A DNA stretch of 30,172 bases from a bacterium (lineage in GTDB: Bacteria; Zhuqueibacterota; Zhuqueibacteria; Oceanimicrobiales; Oceanimicrobiaceae): contig JBHHXN010000053.1 in assembly GCA_046757025.1 (NCBI GenBank), positions 1 through 30,172 on the forward strand, in the 5' to 3' direction. Each line of letters begins with the position of its first letter. Position 1 is the first letter of the stretch. Shown here in pieces: positions 18,832-27,492 of this stretch. A model generated the notes under the pieces. It had not been told where the DNA came from. It worked only from the letters and a program-made list of their open reading frames with translations, and searched no databases. A program made the position numbers and the translations under genes.

Positions 18832-19425
18832 TTGGTTTTCGTTTTGGGTAACTGGAACACCACCTGGGGTCAATCAAAAATAACTAAATGGCAATTACAG
18901 AGCTCCATCGGATGGTGGTTTTACGATCAGGCTTTTACGTTCGATGGAAGTCCCGGTTTTGGGTTAGGCATTGGCTATCGCACACATGATTTTCTTCAGC
19001 TTAACCTGGATTTCAAGTTCAGTCCTACCCAAAAACGCATTTCTACGGCCATATCACATTTGCACTTAAAAATGTTGATTTACAACTATTCATTGAACCT
19101 GAAAATGTCAAAACATTTCTTCCACGTAAATAAGTTGCAGCCGTTTCTGAACCTGGGCGTGGGAGGCGTGTTAATGCAGCCCCTCGAGAGAACCGTCGAT
19201 TTTGGGGTTTTGAAAAAAATTGATTTGAACCTTTCACCCGATTATAAATGGGCTTTTAATTTTGGAATAGGTATGATATTAACCATCATGCCAAAACTGA
19301 GATTGCAAGTGCTTTATCAAAGATATTATTTTTTAGCAAATCGAATAATCAATGAAGAACCGGGTGACAAGTCGAAAGTTCACCGAAATCATTATTTGGG
19401 AATCGGCTTAGCCACTTCATTTTAA
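18832..19425 (+). CDS. Outer-membrane beta-barrel protein (OmpA/OmpW-like 8-strand type); start uncertain
   Basis: Amphipathic strands (GFGLGIGY, PFLNLGVGG, AFNFGIG), C-terminal Phe (GLATSF). Confidence 0.7.
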   Translation: MVFVLGNWNTTWGQSKITKWQLQSSIGWWFYDQAFTFDGSPGFGLGIGYRTHDFLQLNLDFKFSPTQKRISTAISHLHLKMLIYNYSLNLKMSKHFFHVNKLQPFLNLGVGGVLMQPLERTVDFGVLKKIDLNLSPDYKWAFNFGIGMILTIMPKLRLQVLYQRYYFLANRIINEEPGDKSKVHRNHYLGIGLATSF

Positions 19426-19441
19426 TCAACGAAAGTAACTA

Positions 19442-20326
19442 TTGAACTCGAATCAATTGAAATTGTTTGTCTTGAATCATCATTTCATCATCATTCACTT
19501 ATTTTTGTCCTGGTTGATGATAATCCTTTGTGCCAATCACCTGTTTGCTCAAAAAGCGGTTATTGCTATGAACGAAGTCCAAATCTATGCCTTACCGCTG
19601 GAGGACAGTGAATCGGTGGCCCGGCTTGCCAAAGGCCACATCGTGACCATTGTTGGCAAGCGCGGCGATTGGGTTAAAGTCGCTTTTAATGATGGCCAAA
19701 AGGGCTGGATGAAATTGCTGGCGCCGCAAAAATTGTCAAAACAGAATCAAAAATCGACTAACGATTCCCATCAAAACGGAGTACACAAAATAACTGCCAA
19801 AAACGGCCAATTGCGGGAGCATGGCGAAATCAACAGTAAAGAATTCGTAGATAAATTGCGTGAGCAACCGCAGAGTCCAGGCGATTCGGACGATCACGTT
19901 TACCGTCGATTCGGCTATGCCTTTGGCATGGGCTTGATCCAGTCGGATTATACCTATAGTTGGAAATTTGTTTTTCACTCGCAACCCCGATTGGCCTTAG
20001 AGGGATCGTTTAAGCACGTTCTGGGAGGCGCTGCGGATTCCTATTTTATCCTGGCAAATTTATCTTATCTATTTCGGGAGCGCAAAAAATTCGTGCCTTT
20101 TGCCACCGCCGGCCTGGGCGTGATCAACACGGCGCCGGTGCGCAGCATCGACTCGCAAACCGTTTCCAATATGGCGGTGAATTTTGGAGTCGGTGCGCGC
20201 AAATACATGCGGAAAAATTTATCCCTGGTGCTGAACACCAGTCTGTTCACGGCGTTTGTGGGAAAAGGCATTCGAATATATCCAGAGATCACCGTAAGTC
20301 TGTTAATCGGCAAATTCTGGCAATAA
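19442..20326 (+). CDS. SH3b-domain plus outer-membrane beta-barrel protein
   Basis: Signal ending LFA; SH3b-like VARLAKGHIVTIVGKRGDWVKV...KGWM; barrel strands PFATAGLG, AVNFGVGA. Confidence 0.78.
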   Translation: MNSNQLKLFVLNHHFIIIHLFLSWLMIILCANHLFAQKAVIAMNEVQIYALPLEDSESVARLAKGHIVTIVGKRGDWVKVAFNDGQKGWMKLLAPQKLSKQNQKSTNDSHQNGVHKITAKNGQLREHGEINSKEFVDKLREQPQSPGDSDDHVYRRFGYAFGMGLIQSDYTYSWKFVFHSQPRLALEGSFKHVLGGAADSYFILANLSYLFRERKKFVPFATAGLGVINTAPVRSIDSQTVSNMAVNFGVGARKYMRKNLSLVLNTSLFTAFVGKGIRIYPEITVSLLIGKFWQ

Positions 20327-20340
20327 TCAGGAAAACGATC

Positions 20341-20880
20341 ATGAACAATCGTATTGGATACTTAACCATTTTGATATTGCAGCTTTTCTGGGATTCGCTG
20401 TTTGGTCAGAATATTTCTCGGGAACACGAGCTGTTCCCATTTGTGGGCTTTTATGCCCCGGACCGCTTTCAGAACTCATTGACACTGGGCGTCCGCTACG
20501 AAAATCATCTGGATAGGCGTTTCGCATTTGGCGCCACGGTGGGATTCGCCAAAGCCGGTCAGGATTTTTTTCAAAAAGCGGTGGGGGCCGCAGCCGAACA
20601 GGGCAGCGCCACGGTTATTTTCTACGATGGTCGGTTAACTTATGCCATGAGAATGAACGAGGTCATCCCCTACGGTGTGTTTGGTCTGGGAGTCACACGG
20701 CAGCATTCGGAGTCGAATCTGACCCTCAGTCTCGGTGTGGGGATCAAATTTCCAGCCGGTGAAAAGTCCTATTGGCGATTCGAAATAAATGATCACATTT
20801 TTTCCAGCGGCCAGGGGAATACTTCCTGGACCAACAACAATCTGGAAATTTCTGGTGGAATTTCATTCTATTTACAGTAG
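20341..20880 (+). CDS. Outer-membrane beta-barrel protein
   Basis: Signal ending LFG; ELFPFVGFY, PYGVFGLG, WRFEINDHI, NNLEISGGISF. Confidence 0.8.
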   Translation: MNNRIGYLTILILQLFWDSLFGQNISREHELFPFVGFYAPDRFQNSLTLGVRYENHLDRRFAFGATVGFAKAGQDFFQKAVGAAAEQGSATVIFYDGRLTYAMRMNEVIPYGVFGLGVTRQHSESNLTLSLGVGIKFPAGEKSYWRFEINDHIFSSGQGNTSWTNNNLEISGGISFYLQ

Positions 20881-21052
20881 GTAAAATGATGAGTTGAAAA
20901 CGATTTGATGGCGCATTAAAATTCGTTGATTCTAAGAACTTACCGTTCCATTTTTGAATTTATCAAGACGACCTAATTGAAAAATTATGGAATGCTTGTA
21001 ATAAGTTCTGGATGGGATATGGAGTTTAAACTTTACAACAGGAGGTGCATCT

Positions 21053-22945
21053 ATGATCAAACTCCATCGCCTGAATAGAAACAACGAGCGAGGAAGAAAA
21101 TTAAGACACATCATTTTTTTGGTTGGGTTGTGCAACTGGCAATTCATGAACTGTACCGGCAGCGTACCGGATGATCTGATCCTGGAATCGCAGCCGGCAG
21201 GCATCATTTTTGTCAAGGCCACCCGCACGAATACCCTGAACAGTTTTTCACGCGGCGGCAATCTTTTTTCGCTAATACCGGCCTCCCCGGATGGTAAATT
21301 GACCAATCTCACCAATTTGGAGGCGGGCGACGTGGCCGATCCGGAGATTTCCTTCGATGGCCTGAAAGTTCTGTTTGCAATGCGCCGAAACAGCGGTGAG
21401 CGCTTTCATATCCACGAAATGAACGTGGACGGTTCTGGGCTGCGTCAGCTCACTTTTGACGCGGTGCGGGATGATTTCGACCCCACTTACCTGCCCAACG
21501 GCAAAATCCTATTCACGTCTAATCGCCCCGGTTTTATCGATGAATATAACAAGCAAAATGCGGAGGTCATGCACGTCATGGAGGTGGACGGCTCGAATAT
21601 CGAGCAGATATCGTTCAATGCCAGCGACGATTTCGATCCCATCGTCACCAAAACCGGGCACGTTGTTTACACGCGCTGGGAGCATCATGGGCCCATCAAC
21701 CGATTCCCATTGTTCATCACCAATCCCGATGGCCACGGTACGTTTACCTTTTTCAGTCCGCACAATCATCGAACTTTTTTCCATCCGCGGGAGCTGGCCG
21801 ATGGTTCCATCATCGCGGTGAAATCGAATATGGTTAACGGCGATCGCGGGCCGCTGGTCATCATAAAAAATACTTCTACGGCTGGCGAGCCGTTGGAAGA
21901 GGGGTTCATGGAAATCATCACGCCAGAAATCGAATTGAACGGCCCGCCCTACAGCAAAGGCGTATTTAAATATCCCCATCCCCTGCCCGATGGCCGGATC
22001 TTGGTGTCGTATTCTCCGCCGCACACCAGCAGTGAGGAGGCGGACTACGGTCTTTACACCCTCAACACGGATGGCAGCGATTTAAAACTGCTCTACAATG
22101 ACCCGCAATTTCAGGAGTTCGACGCCGTGGTCATCGGCGACCGCGCTATTCCGCCGGTCATCAATTCGAAGCTGGACAAAGCGCAAACCACCGGCGTGTT
22201 CACGGTGCAGAATGCTTATTTCCGTCAGGAGCGAGACGGCCAGGTGCGCCCCGATCAAACCATCCGAGAAATCCGACAGGTCATGGTGATCGAGGGGATG
22301 GTGCGCCCCAAAGGCGACCGCGCGCCTATCGGAATGACCAATTTCGAACAGAAACGTATTTTGGGTGTGGCGCCCGTGCAAACGGACGGCTCCTTCTCCA
22401 TCAGAGTGCCGGCCAATATTCCGCTGTCGTTCAATACGCTGGATTCACTGGGCCGAGCCCTGGTGGTGAAACGAAACTGGGTCACTATTCGACCGGGAGA
22501 ACATTTCGAAAAGTGCAGCGGCTGCCACGGACCCCGCGGACGCAGCTCGAACAATCCGAATCCGCTGGCAGCCTCTTTGCCGCCCACCGACCTGAACGTA
22601 CCGGCGGCGCAGCGAGAGGATGTCAGTTTTGGCACGGCTATCGAGCCCATCATCGCGGCAAAATGCACCGGCTGCCACAGCGGGGCGGCGCCCGCCGCCA
22701 ATTTACCGCTGACTTTGACGAAAGATGAAAATGACGGGGCCTTCTCAGTAGCGTACGTTCGTCTACTGGAAGACAGCGGTTATGTGCGAGCGCCCTTTTC
22801 GCGCAGAAGCAAATTGATCGAACGATTGCTGGGGCTGGGCGACTACCAGGCCAGAGGGCCACATCCGGCGGGAGAACAGACATTAAATTCGGACGAAGTA
22901 CGCAAATTCATTAACTGGATCGACCTGGGCGGGCAATATCGATAG
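21053..22945 (+). CDS. Hydrazine-synthase-alpha (HzsA)-related lipoprotein: PD40/TolB propeller, HzsA middle domain, two CxxCH heme motifs
   Basis: AGGAGG RBS; probable lipobox FMNC; DPEISFDG, DFDPTYLPNGKILFTSNR, YTRWEH; LGVAPVQTDGSFSIRVPANIPL...LDSLGRA; CSGCH (22514-22528) and CTGCH (22664-22678); C-terminal WIDLG. Confidence 0.85.
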   Translation: MIKLHRLNRNNERGRKLRHIIFLVGLCNWQFMNCTGSVPDDLILESQPAGIIFVKATRTNTLNSFSRGGNLFSLIPASPDGKLTNLTNLEAGDVADPEISFDGLKVLFAMRRNSGERFHIHEMNVDGSGLRQLTFDAVRDDFDPTYLPNGKILFTSNRPGFIDEYNKQNAEVMHVMEVDGSNIEQISFNASDDFDPIVTKTGHVVYTRWEHHGPINRFPLFITNPDGHGTFTFFSPHNHRTFFHPRELADGSIIAVKSNMVNGDRGPLVIIKNTSTAGEPLEEGFMEIITPEIELNGPPYSKGVFKYPHPLPDGRILVSYSPPHTSSEEADYGLYTLNTDGSDLKLLYNDPQFQEFDAVVIGDRAIPPVINSKLDKAQTTGVFTVQNAYFRQERDGQVRPDQTIREIRQVMVIEGMVRPKGDRAPIGMTNFEQKRILGVAPVQTDGSFSIRVPANIPLSFNTLDSLGRALVVKRNWVTIRPGEHFEKCSGCHGPRGRSSNNPNPLAASLPPTDLNVPAAQREDVSFGTAIEPIIAAKCTGCHSGAAPAANLPLTLTKDENDGAFSVAYVRLLEDSGYVRAPFSRRSKLIERLLGLGDYQARGPHPAGEQTLNSDEVRKFINWIDLGGQYR

Positions 22946-22983
22946 GCTTTTTATATTTCGCTATTTCCGTTTCAAAAAAAAAT

Positions 22984-23135
22984 AAACTTGTGTAAAAACT
23001 CAGTACATCGAATGAAAAAGAGACACCCCTATTGTCATTCTGGAAGAATCTTTTTAATAAACAGCACCTTGCGACAAATTTAATAAGTTACTTTCAGAAT
23101 AACAAAAACGAAGGTTATGGGTTTTTACGCAGTCT
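22984..23135. mobile_element. Degenerate MITE-like element with terminal and internal inverted repeats
   Basis: aaacttgtgtaaaaactc vs reverse complement of 23119-23135 (agactgcgtaaaaaccc); inner tgtcattctggaag (23033-23046) / ctttcagaataaca (23091-23104), 12/14 complementary. Confidence 0.5.
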
Positions 23136-23208
23136 GAAATAATGTGGAATTATATCAATCATGAAAACATTCGATTACTCTGATACTGAAATATTTTCAA
23201 ATAAAAAA

Positions 23209-23448
23209 ATGCACACCACGCAATTGACTAAACTCCTATTTTGGTTTATTTCGTTTATACTTTCGATTTTGTTCGTCCTGAACGGCTGTGCCGCCGTGCG
23301 ACCCTATGAGCGCGAATACCTGGCGGATCGCATCATGCGGTTTGATTCCGACCGCGAAGAAATGGTGATGGAGCGGCATTTTATCGAAACGCGCGAAGGC
23401 AGCATTGGCGGTTTCGGCGGCGCGGGCGGCGGCTGTGCTTGCAATTAG
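23209..23448 (+). CDS. DUF4266 family lipoprotein (alternative start 23161)
   Basis: Lipobox LNGC, VRPYEREYLADRIM, REGSIGG and terminal GGGCACN, all characteristic of DUF4266. Confidence 0.88.
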   Translation: MHTTQLTKLLFWFISFILSILFVLNGCAAVRPYEREYLADRIMRFDSDREEMVMERHFIETREGSIGGFGGAGGGCACN

Positions 23449-23503
23449 AAAAGTGTCTAAATAAAAGGCAGTTTAGTTATAAATGGATTATTAGAAAAAA
23501 AAT

Positions 23504-24616
23504 ATGCAAAAAGTCGTGCTCAAATATTCAGTGGTCTGTTCAGCTGTCCTGTTCTGGGTCTCAACCCTGCAATCAGACGATAAAATCAGTCTGCGCACCA
23601 ATATTTTCAATGACAATTCCGGTACATCGGTGCACTCACCGACAGTGGAAATTGTCAAAGATATTTTGCTGAACAGCCTGCTTTCTGTTCGCTACAGTCT
23701 GGACCGGGTGCTGATTCCACCGGTGCGGGGTCTTTCTGCCACGCCATCGCCGGTGGATGGCGTGACTGGAGCCTCCCGGCCCATCAGCCAGGACCAGCCC
23801 GGCAACCAATCGTTTGTCAAAGAACGCAATGAAATCATCGTCGGCCTTACGGCGCCGGGTTTTGATCTTAGTTACTACTTTAGCAAGGAGAACGATTATG
23901 TGGGTCAAATGGCCACGTTGGCCGCGAATTTTGATTTCAATCAGAAAAATAGCAACCTGTCGCTCAGTTATGGTTACGGCTGGGATCGCATTGAACCCCT
24001 GGGCGCCGATACCCTGCACACGAAATCCACGCATCATTTCAATTTAACCGTGACGCAGGTTTTGAACAAAAAAGTCATCGCTCGTGTCGGCGCCGATCTG
24101 TCGCTGGTGTCGGGTTTTCAAAGCAATCCGTATCGGTCGGTTTTTGCGGAAGGACAGCATCGTTTGGAAATTCATCCGGTGAATCGCAAACGCGCAGCCG
24201 TTTATTTAAAGGTAAACCGGTACTTCAAAACCAGAACGTCTCTCAACATGGGTTACCGCTTTTATCGAGATAACTGGCAAATTCAGTCGCACACCGTGGA
24301 TATATTTTATCACCAATACTTCAGTGAAATCGTTCTCATTCGCTATCGTTATCGGTACTACGTTCAGTCCGCGGCTTATTTTTATCGCAGCGCGTACACC
24401 GTTTCACAGGCGTTTATGACTTCGGATTATAAGCTGGAACCGTTTACCTCACACTTGTTCGGTTTAAAACTGGAGTACCGTCTGCAGGATCTGGTTCAGA
24501 ACAGTCTTTTGAATTTTCTCGCAAAGGCCACTTTTGACGCCAAGTACGAGCGTTATTTTTCATCCAATGAGTTTACAGCGGATGTTTATCAGATCGGGCT
24601 GGTATTCAATTATTAA
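23504..24616 (+). CDS. DUF3570 family outer-membrane beta-barrel protein
   Basis: VDGVTGAS, SKENDY, GFQSNPYR, YRFYRDNWQIQSHT, RYRYYVQSAAYFY, SDYKL; directly downstream of DUF4266; C-terminal aromatic residue. Confidence 0.85.
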   Translation: MQKVVLKYSVVCSAVLFWVSTLQSDDKISLRTNIFNDNSGTSVHSPTVEIVKDILLNSLLSVRYSLDRVLIPPVRGLSATPSPVDGVTGASRPISQDQPGNQSFVKERNEIIVGLTAPGFDLSYYFSKENDYVGQMATLAANFDFNQKNSNLSLSYGYGWDRIEPLGADTLHTKSTHHFNLTVTQVLNKKVIARVGADLSLVSGFQSNPYRSVFAEGQHRLEIHPVNRKRAAVYLKVNRYFKTRTSLNMGYRFYRDNWQIQSHTVDIFYHQYFSEIVLIRYRYRYYVQSAAYFYRSAYTVSQAFMTSDYKLEPFTSHLFGLKLEYRLQDLVQNSLLNFLAKATFDAKYERYFSSNEFTADVYQIGLVFNY

Positions 24617-24635
24617 CATCTGAGGAATGTAAATC

Positions 24636-27263
24636 ATGAAGAAGAAATATACATTTGGATTTGCAATTATGGCCGTTTTGTTGATGGCGGCTTTTGGGTT
24701 GTATGCTTTCAAAAAGGGCCATCCGACTTCACTGGGATTTTTACAGGCGCAAATCGACGACCGCGGCCTGCTGGAGCTGGCAGTGGATGAGTTGCGTTCG
24801 GACTTAAAAACGGTCGAACCAGCGCTTTTGAGATCCATCTCTCCGCTAATTACTGCAGAGCTGAATAGATCATCTGATTGGGAAAACAGCTCACTTTCTT
24901 ACCTTGCCAATTTTCAAGTAAACAGCGGTAAGAAAATCACGGCCTTTCATTTTGAAGTTGACTTCATCGAAATGGACAACCTTCATACCGTGGTGCACGG
25001 TACGGTTCGTACTGAGCAGCAACGTAAACAGAGATTCAAGCTTATTTTTAATAAAGAAGATAGCCGATGGAAATTGATCGATTCCCGTAACTTTTTCTCG
25101 CTCTGGATGGAAATGCTTCAAAAAGACGCCTTTGAGAATTTGGCAAGCCACCCCACACGTGAGTTTGTGATCTACGATGAGCCGTCAGCATCTGACGAGA
25201 ACACGTTAACGCGCATACCCATCAGCGAAGAGCACGATATCGATCGTCTGACGCAATCCACCACTTTACATAAATTAAACCGGCAGCTTTTCCAGAAACC
25301 TTATTCCGGAGTCCTTTATTCAACGATTACACAATTTAACGAGGCGCCCTTTATTAGCGCACGCTATGTTCAGCTCGTCACCGACCCTGCCTGGAATCGG
25401 GTGGTGTACGGCGATTATGATGGCTGGCTCAAAGCGTATGGCAATACGGGTGCGGGCTCGGAGGATCTCAATCGTCCCCACGGATTGGATCGCGACATTG
25501 AAGGAAATATCTACGTTGCAGATACCGGAAATCACCGCATCGTGGTTTTGAGGTTAGTTGGAAACGGAAAAGACACCGAGCTGAAATTTCAGTTTGCTTT
25601 TGGCTCGGGGCAATTGTTGCGCCCTTATGATGTAGCATGGGATGACGCAGGGACGCCGTTTGACCGTGCAGATGACATCGTTTGGGTGGCGGACACCGGA
25701 CAGGACCGCATCGTTGGCTACGCCGTAAATGACCGGCAAGCCTCGGTGGCTTACCTGTATGGTCAACCTGGAAAAGCTGCTGGTAACTTTTTTGAACCCC
25801 AAGCCCTGGCTGTGGGTAAATTTGACGGTCGCTCCAACGGCAAACTGTACGTCGCGGATACAGGCAATCGCCGGCTTGTGCAGCTCGCCGTATTCGATGA
25901 TCGACTAGAGTGGGTAGCGGAATTCGCAGGAAAGCCGGAAAGTCAGTTTACTTCCATCGATGTGGATCACTGGGGCAACCTGTATGTGGCTGACCGCAGT
26001 TATGGCGAGCTCTGGAAACTCACCGCGGATTTTGAACCGCTTGCTGCCATTCACAGCGATAACGAAGCACACATGCAGCCAGTGAATTTGCATGTCACTT
26101 TTGGTCAGTTTATTTCGCAATCGGAAGGAACGCGCTATTGGGCGGGTTTTGACCAGGCGTTTGTGCTGGGAGACTGGTCGCACGATTCGGGTGCCGAGCG
26201 TTATAAGCTCGGACTGGATTTGAACCATTTTTATGTGGTGCTGGCCTCAGAACTGGATAAAGTGTGTGTGCGTGCCAGACTGACGGACCATGCCCGTGTA
26301 GCATTGAATGTCATCGATACCCGCACTGGCCTAACGCTGCGACATTTGCCCGCGCGCTGGATGGTGCCCGGCGACAAGGAGTTTTTCTGGGACCGAAGCG
26401 ATGACATCGGCTGGCAGGTGGAAGCGGGCTACTATCGTTTACAATTGGTTGCCGAATCGAGTTACGGCAATTTTATTGCCATCAAAGAAACGCCGGAATT
26501 CTATTTGCCTTTGTACTACTGGGAAGACTGCGGAGGCGTGGTGCAGGGGGACGCCCATTTAGTTCAGGGCACTCGAGATGCCGATTGGGGTACGCTCCCT
26601 CATCAGACCATAGTAAAACATCCTTCGGAAGTTGTGTACCGTTTCACTGATTTAAATCCCACTGTTGACTATGAATTAAAAGCCCAATTTTTCAACAAGG
26701 TTGGCGCCTATCTGAAGCAAAAAATCATTGTTAACGATCTGATTATATTCGACGAGTTCGAAGTTGTGTCGGGACTTTCAGATGTGAATTGGTTGCAGCT
26801 TCCGAAGCATTTATATGCGGATGGCAAGATAGAAATCCGCATTGTCAAAACCGCAGGCGACGAGGACGCCCTCATTTCACAGCTCTGGCTGCGGGAAGCG
26901 GCATTTGACCCGGCACGTCCACCGGTGCTGCACGAGAGCGGAGAGCAGAAACCAGATGCATTTTCGTTGTCACAGAATTATCCCAATCCGTTCAACCCTT
27001 CCACCACCATTGAATTTGGCGTACCCTCCGGCAATACTGGCAGGGTCTCTTTGAAGATTCTAAATATTCTCGGCCAGACCGTTAAAACGCTGGTGGACGA
27101 ATATCTGCCGGGGGGGCGCCATTTGGTTATCTGGAATGGACGCAACCAAAGCAATCGGCCGGTCGCAAGCGGGGTGTATTTTTATCAATTGAGCACAATT
27201 GATCCCGTAAAACTATCTCGACAGGAAATCCTGGCAGTGAAAAAATTGCTATTGATCAAGTAA
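24636..27263 (+). CDS. Secreted NHL-repeat protein with internal FlgD-Ig-like domain and C-terminal T9SS-A/FlgD-like domain
   Basis: NHL repeats LNRPHGL..GNIYVADTGNHRI, VWVADTGQDRI, LYVADTGNRRL, GNLYVADR; C-terminus FSLSQNYPNPFNPSTTIEF...WNGRNQSNRPVASGVYFY...KKLLLIK. Confidence 0.85.
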   Translation: MKKKYTFGFAIMAVLLMAAFGLYAFKKGHPTSLGFLQAQIDDRGLLELAVDELRSDLKTVEPALLRSISPLITAELNRSSDWENSSLSYLANFQVNSGKKITAFHFEVDFIEMDNLHTVVHGTVRTEQQRKQRFKLIFNKEDSRWKLIDSRNFFSLWMEMLQKDAFENLASHPTREFVIYDEPSASDENTLTRIPISEEHDIDRLTQSTTLHKLNRQLFQKPYSGVLYSTITQFNEAPFISARYVQLVTDPAWNRVVYGDYDGWLKAYGNTGAGSEDLNRPHGLDRDIEGNIYVADTGNHRIVVLRLVGNGKDTELKFQFAFGSGQLLRPYDVAWDDAGTPFDRADDIVWVADTGQDRIVGYAVNDRQASVAYLYGQPGKAAGNFFEPQALAVGKFDGRSNGKLYVADTGNRRLVQLAVFDDRLEWVAEFAGKPESQFTSIDVDHWGNLYVADRSYGELWKLTADFEPLAAIHSDNEAHMQPVNLHVTFGQFISQSEGTRYWAGFDQAFVLGDWSHDSGAERYKLGLDLNHFYVVLASELDKVCVRARLTDHARVALNVIDTRTGLTLRHLPARWMVPGDKEFFWDRSDDIGWQVEAGYYRLQLVAESSYGNFIAIKETPEFYLPLYYWEDCGGVVQGDAHLVQGTRDADWGTLPHQTIVKHPSEVVYRFTDLNPTVDYELKAQFFNKVGAYLKQKIIVNDLIIFDEFEVVSGLSDVNWLQLPKHLYADGKIEIRIVKTAGDEDALISQLWLREAAFDPARPPVLHESGEQKPDAFSLSQNYPNPFNPSTTIEFGVPSGNTGRVSLKILNILGQTVKTLVDEYLPGGRHLVIWNGRNQSNRPVASGVYFYQLSTIDPVKLSRQEILAVKKLLLIK

Positions 27264-27325
27264 AGACACGTTTCATTTAAAAGACTTTTAAGAGCCCCCT
27301 TTATCCCTCCTCCTAATTGAGCCAG

Positions 27326-27351
27326 AGGCCCGGGTCATCCGATTCGGGCCT
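27326..27351. terminator. Hairpin between convergent genes (probable terminator)
   Basis: AGGCCCGGGT-CATCCG-ATTCGGGCCT, 10-bp stem including two G-U pairs, followed by AT-rich sequence. Confidence 0.45.
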
Positions 27352-27492
27352 TAAATTTTAATTGAATTATTTTTTGAGCAGCCGTTTAGAAAGAACGGTT
27401 CCTGCTTTCAAGAGTCCTGCGTATTACCATCTCCACATAGTCAGTTTTATTTGATATCAACAAACTGGAATGAAGGTGAGAAGTTGCAACCG

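Noticed and set aside
21053..22945. Evidence for anammox metabolism (hzsA)
   Set aside because: No hzsB or hzsC, the Tyr heme ligand position is not conserved, and the protein is shorter than genuine HzsA; HzsA-like domains are widespread outside anammox bacteria.
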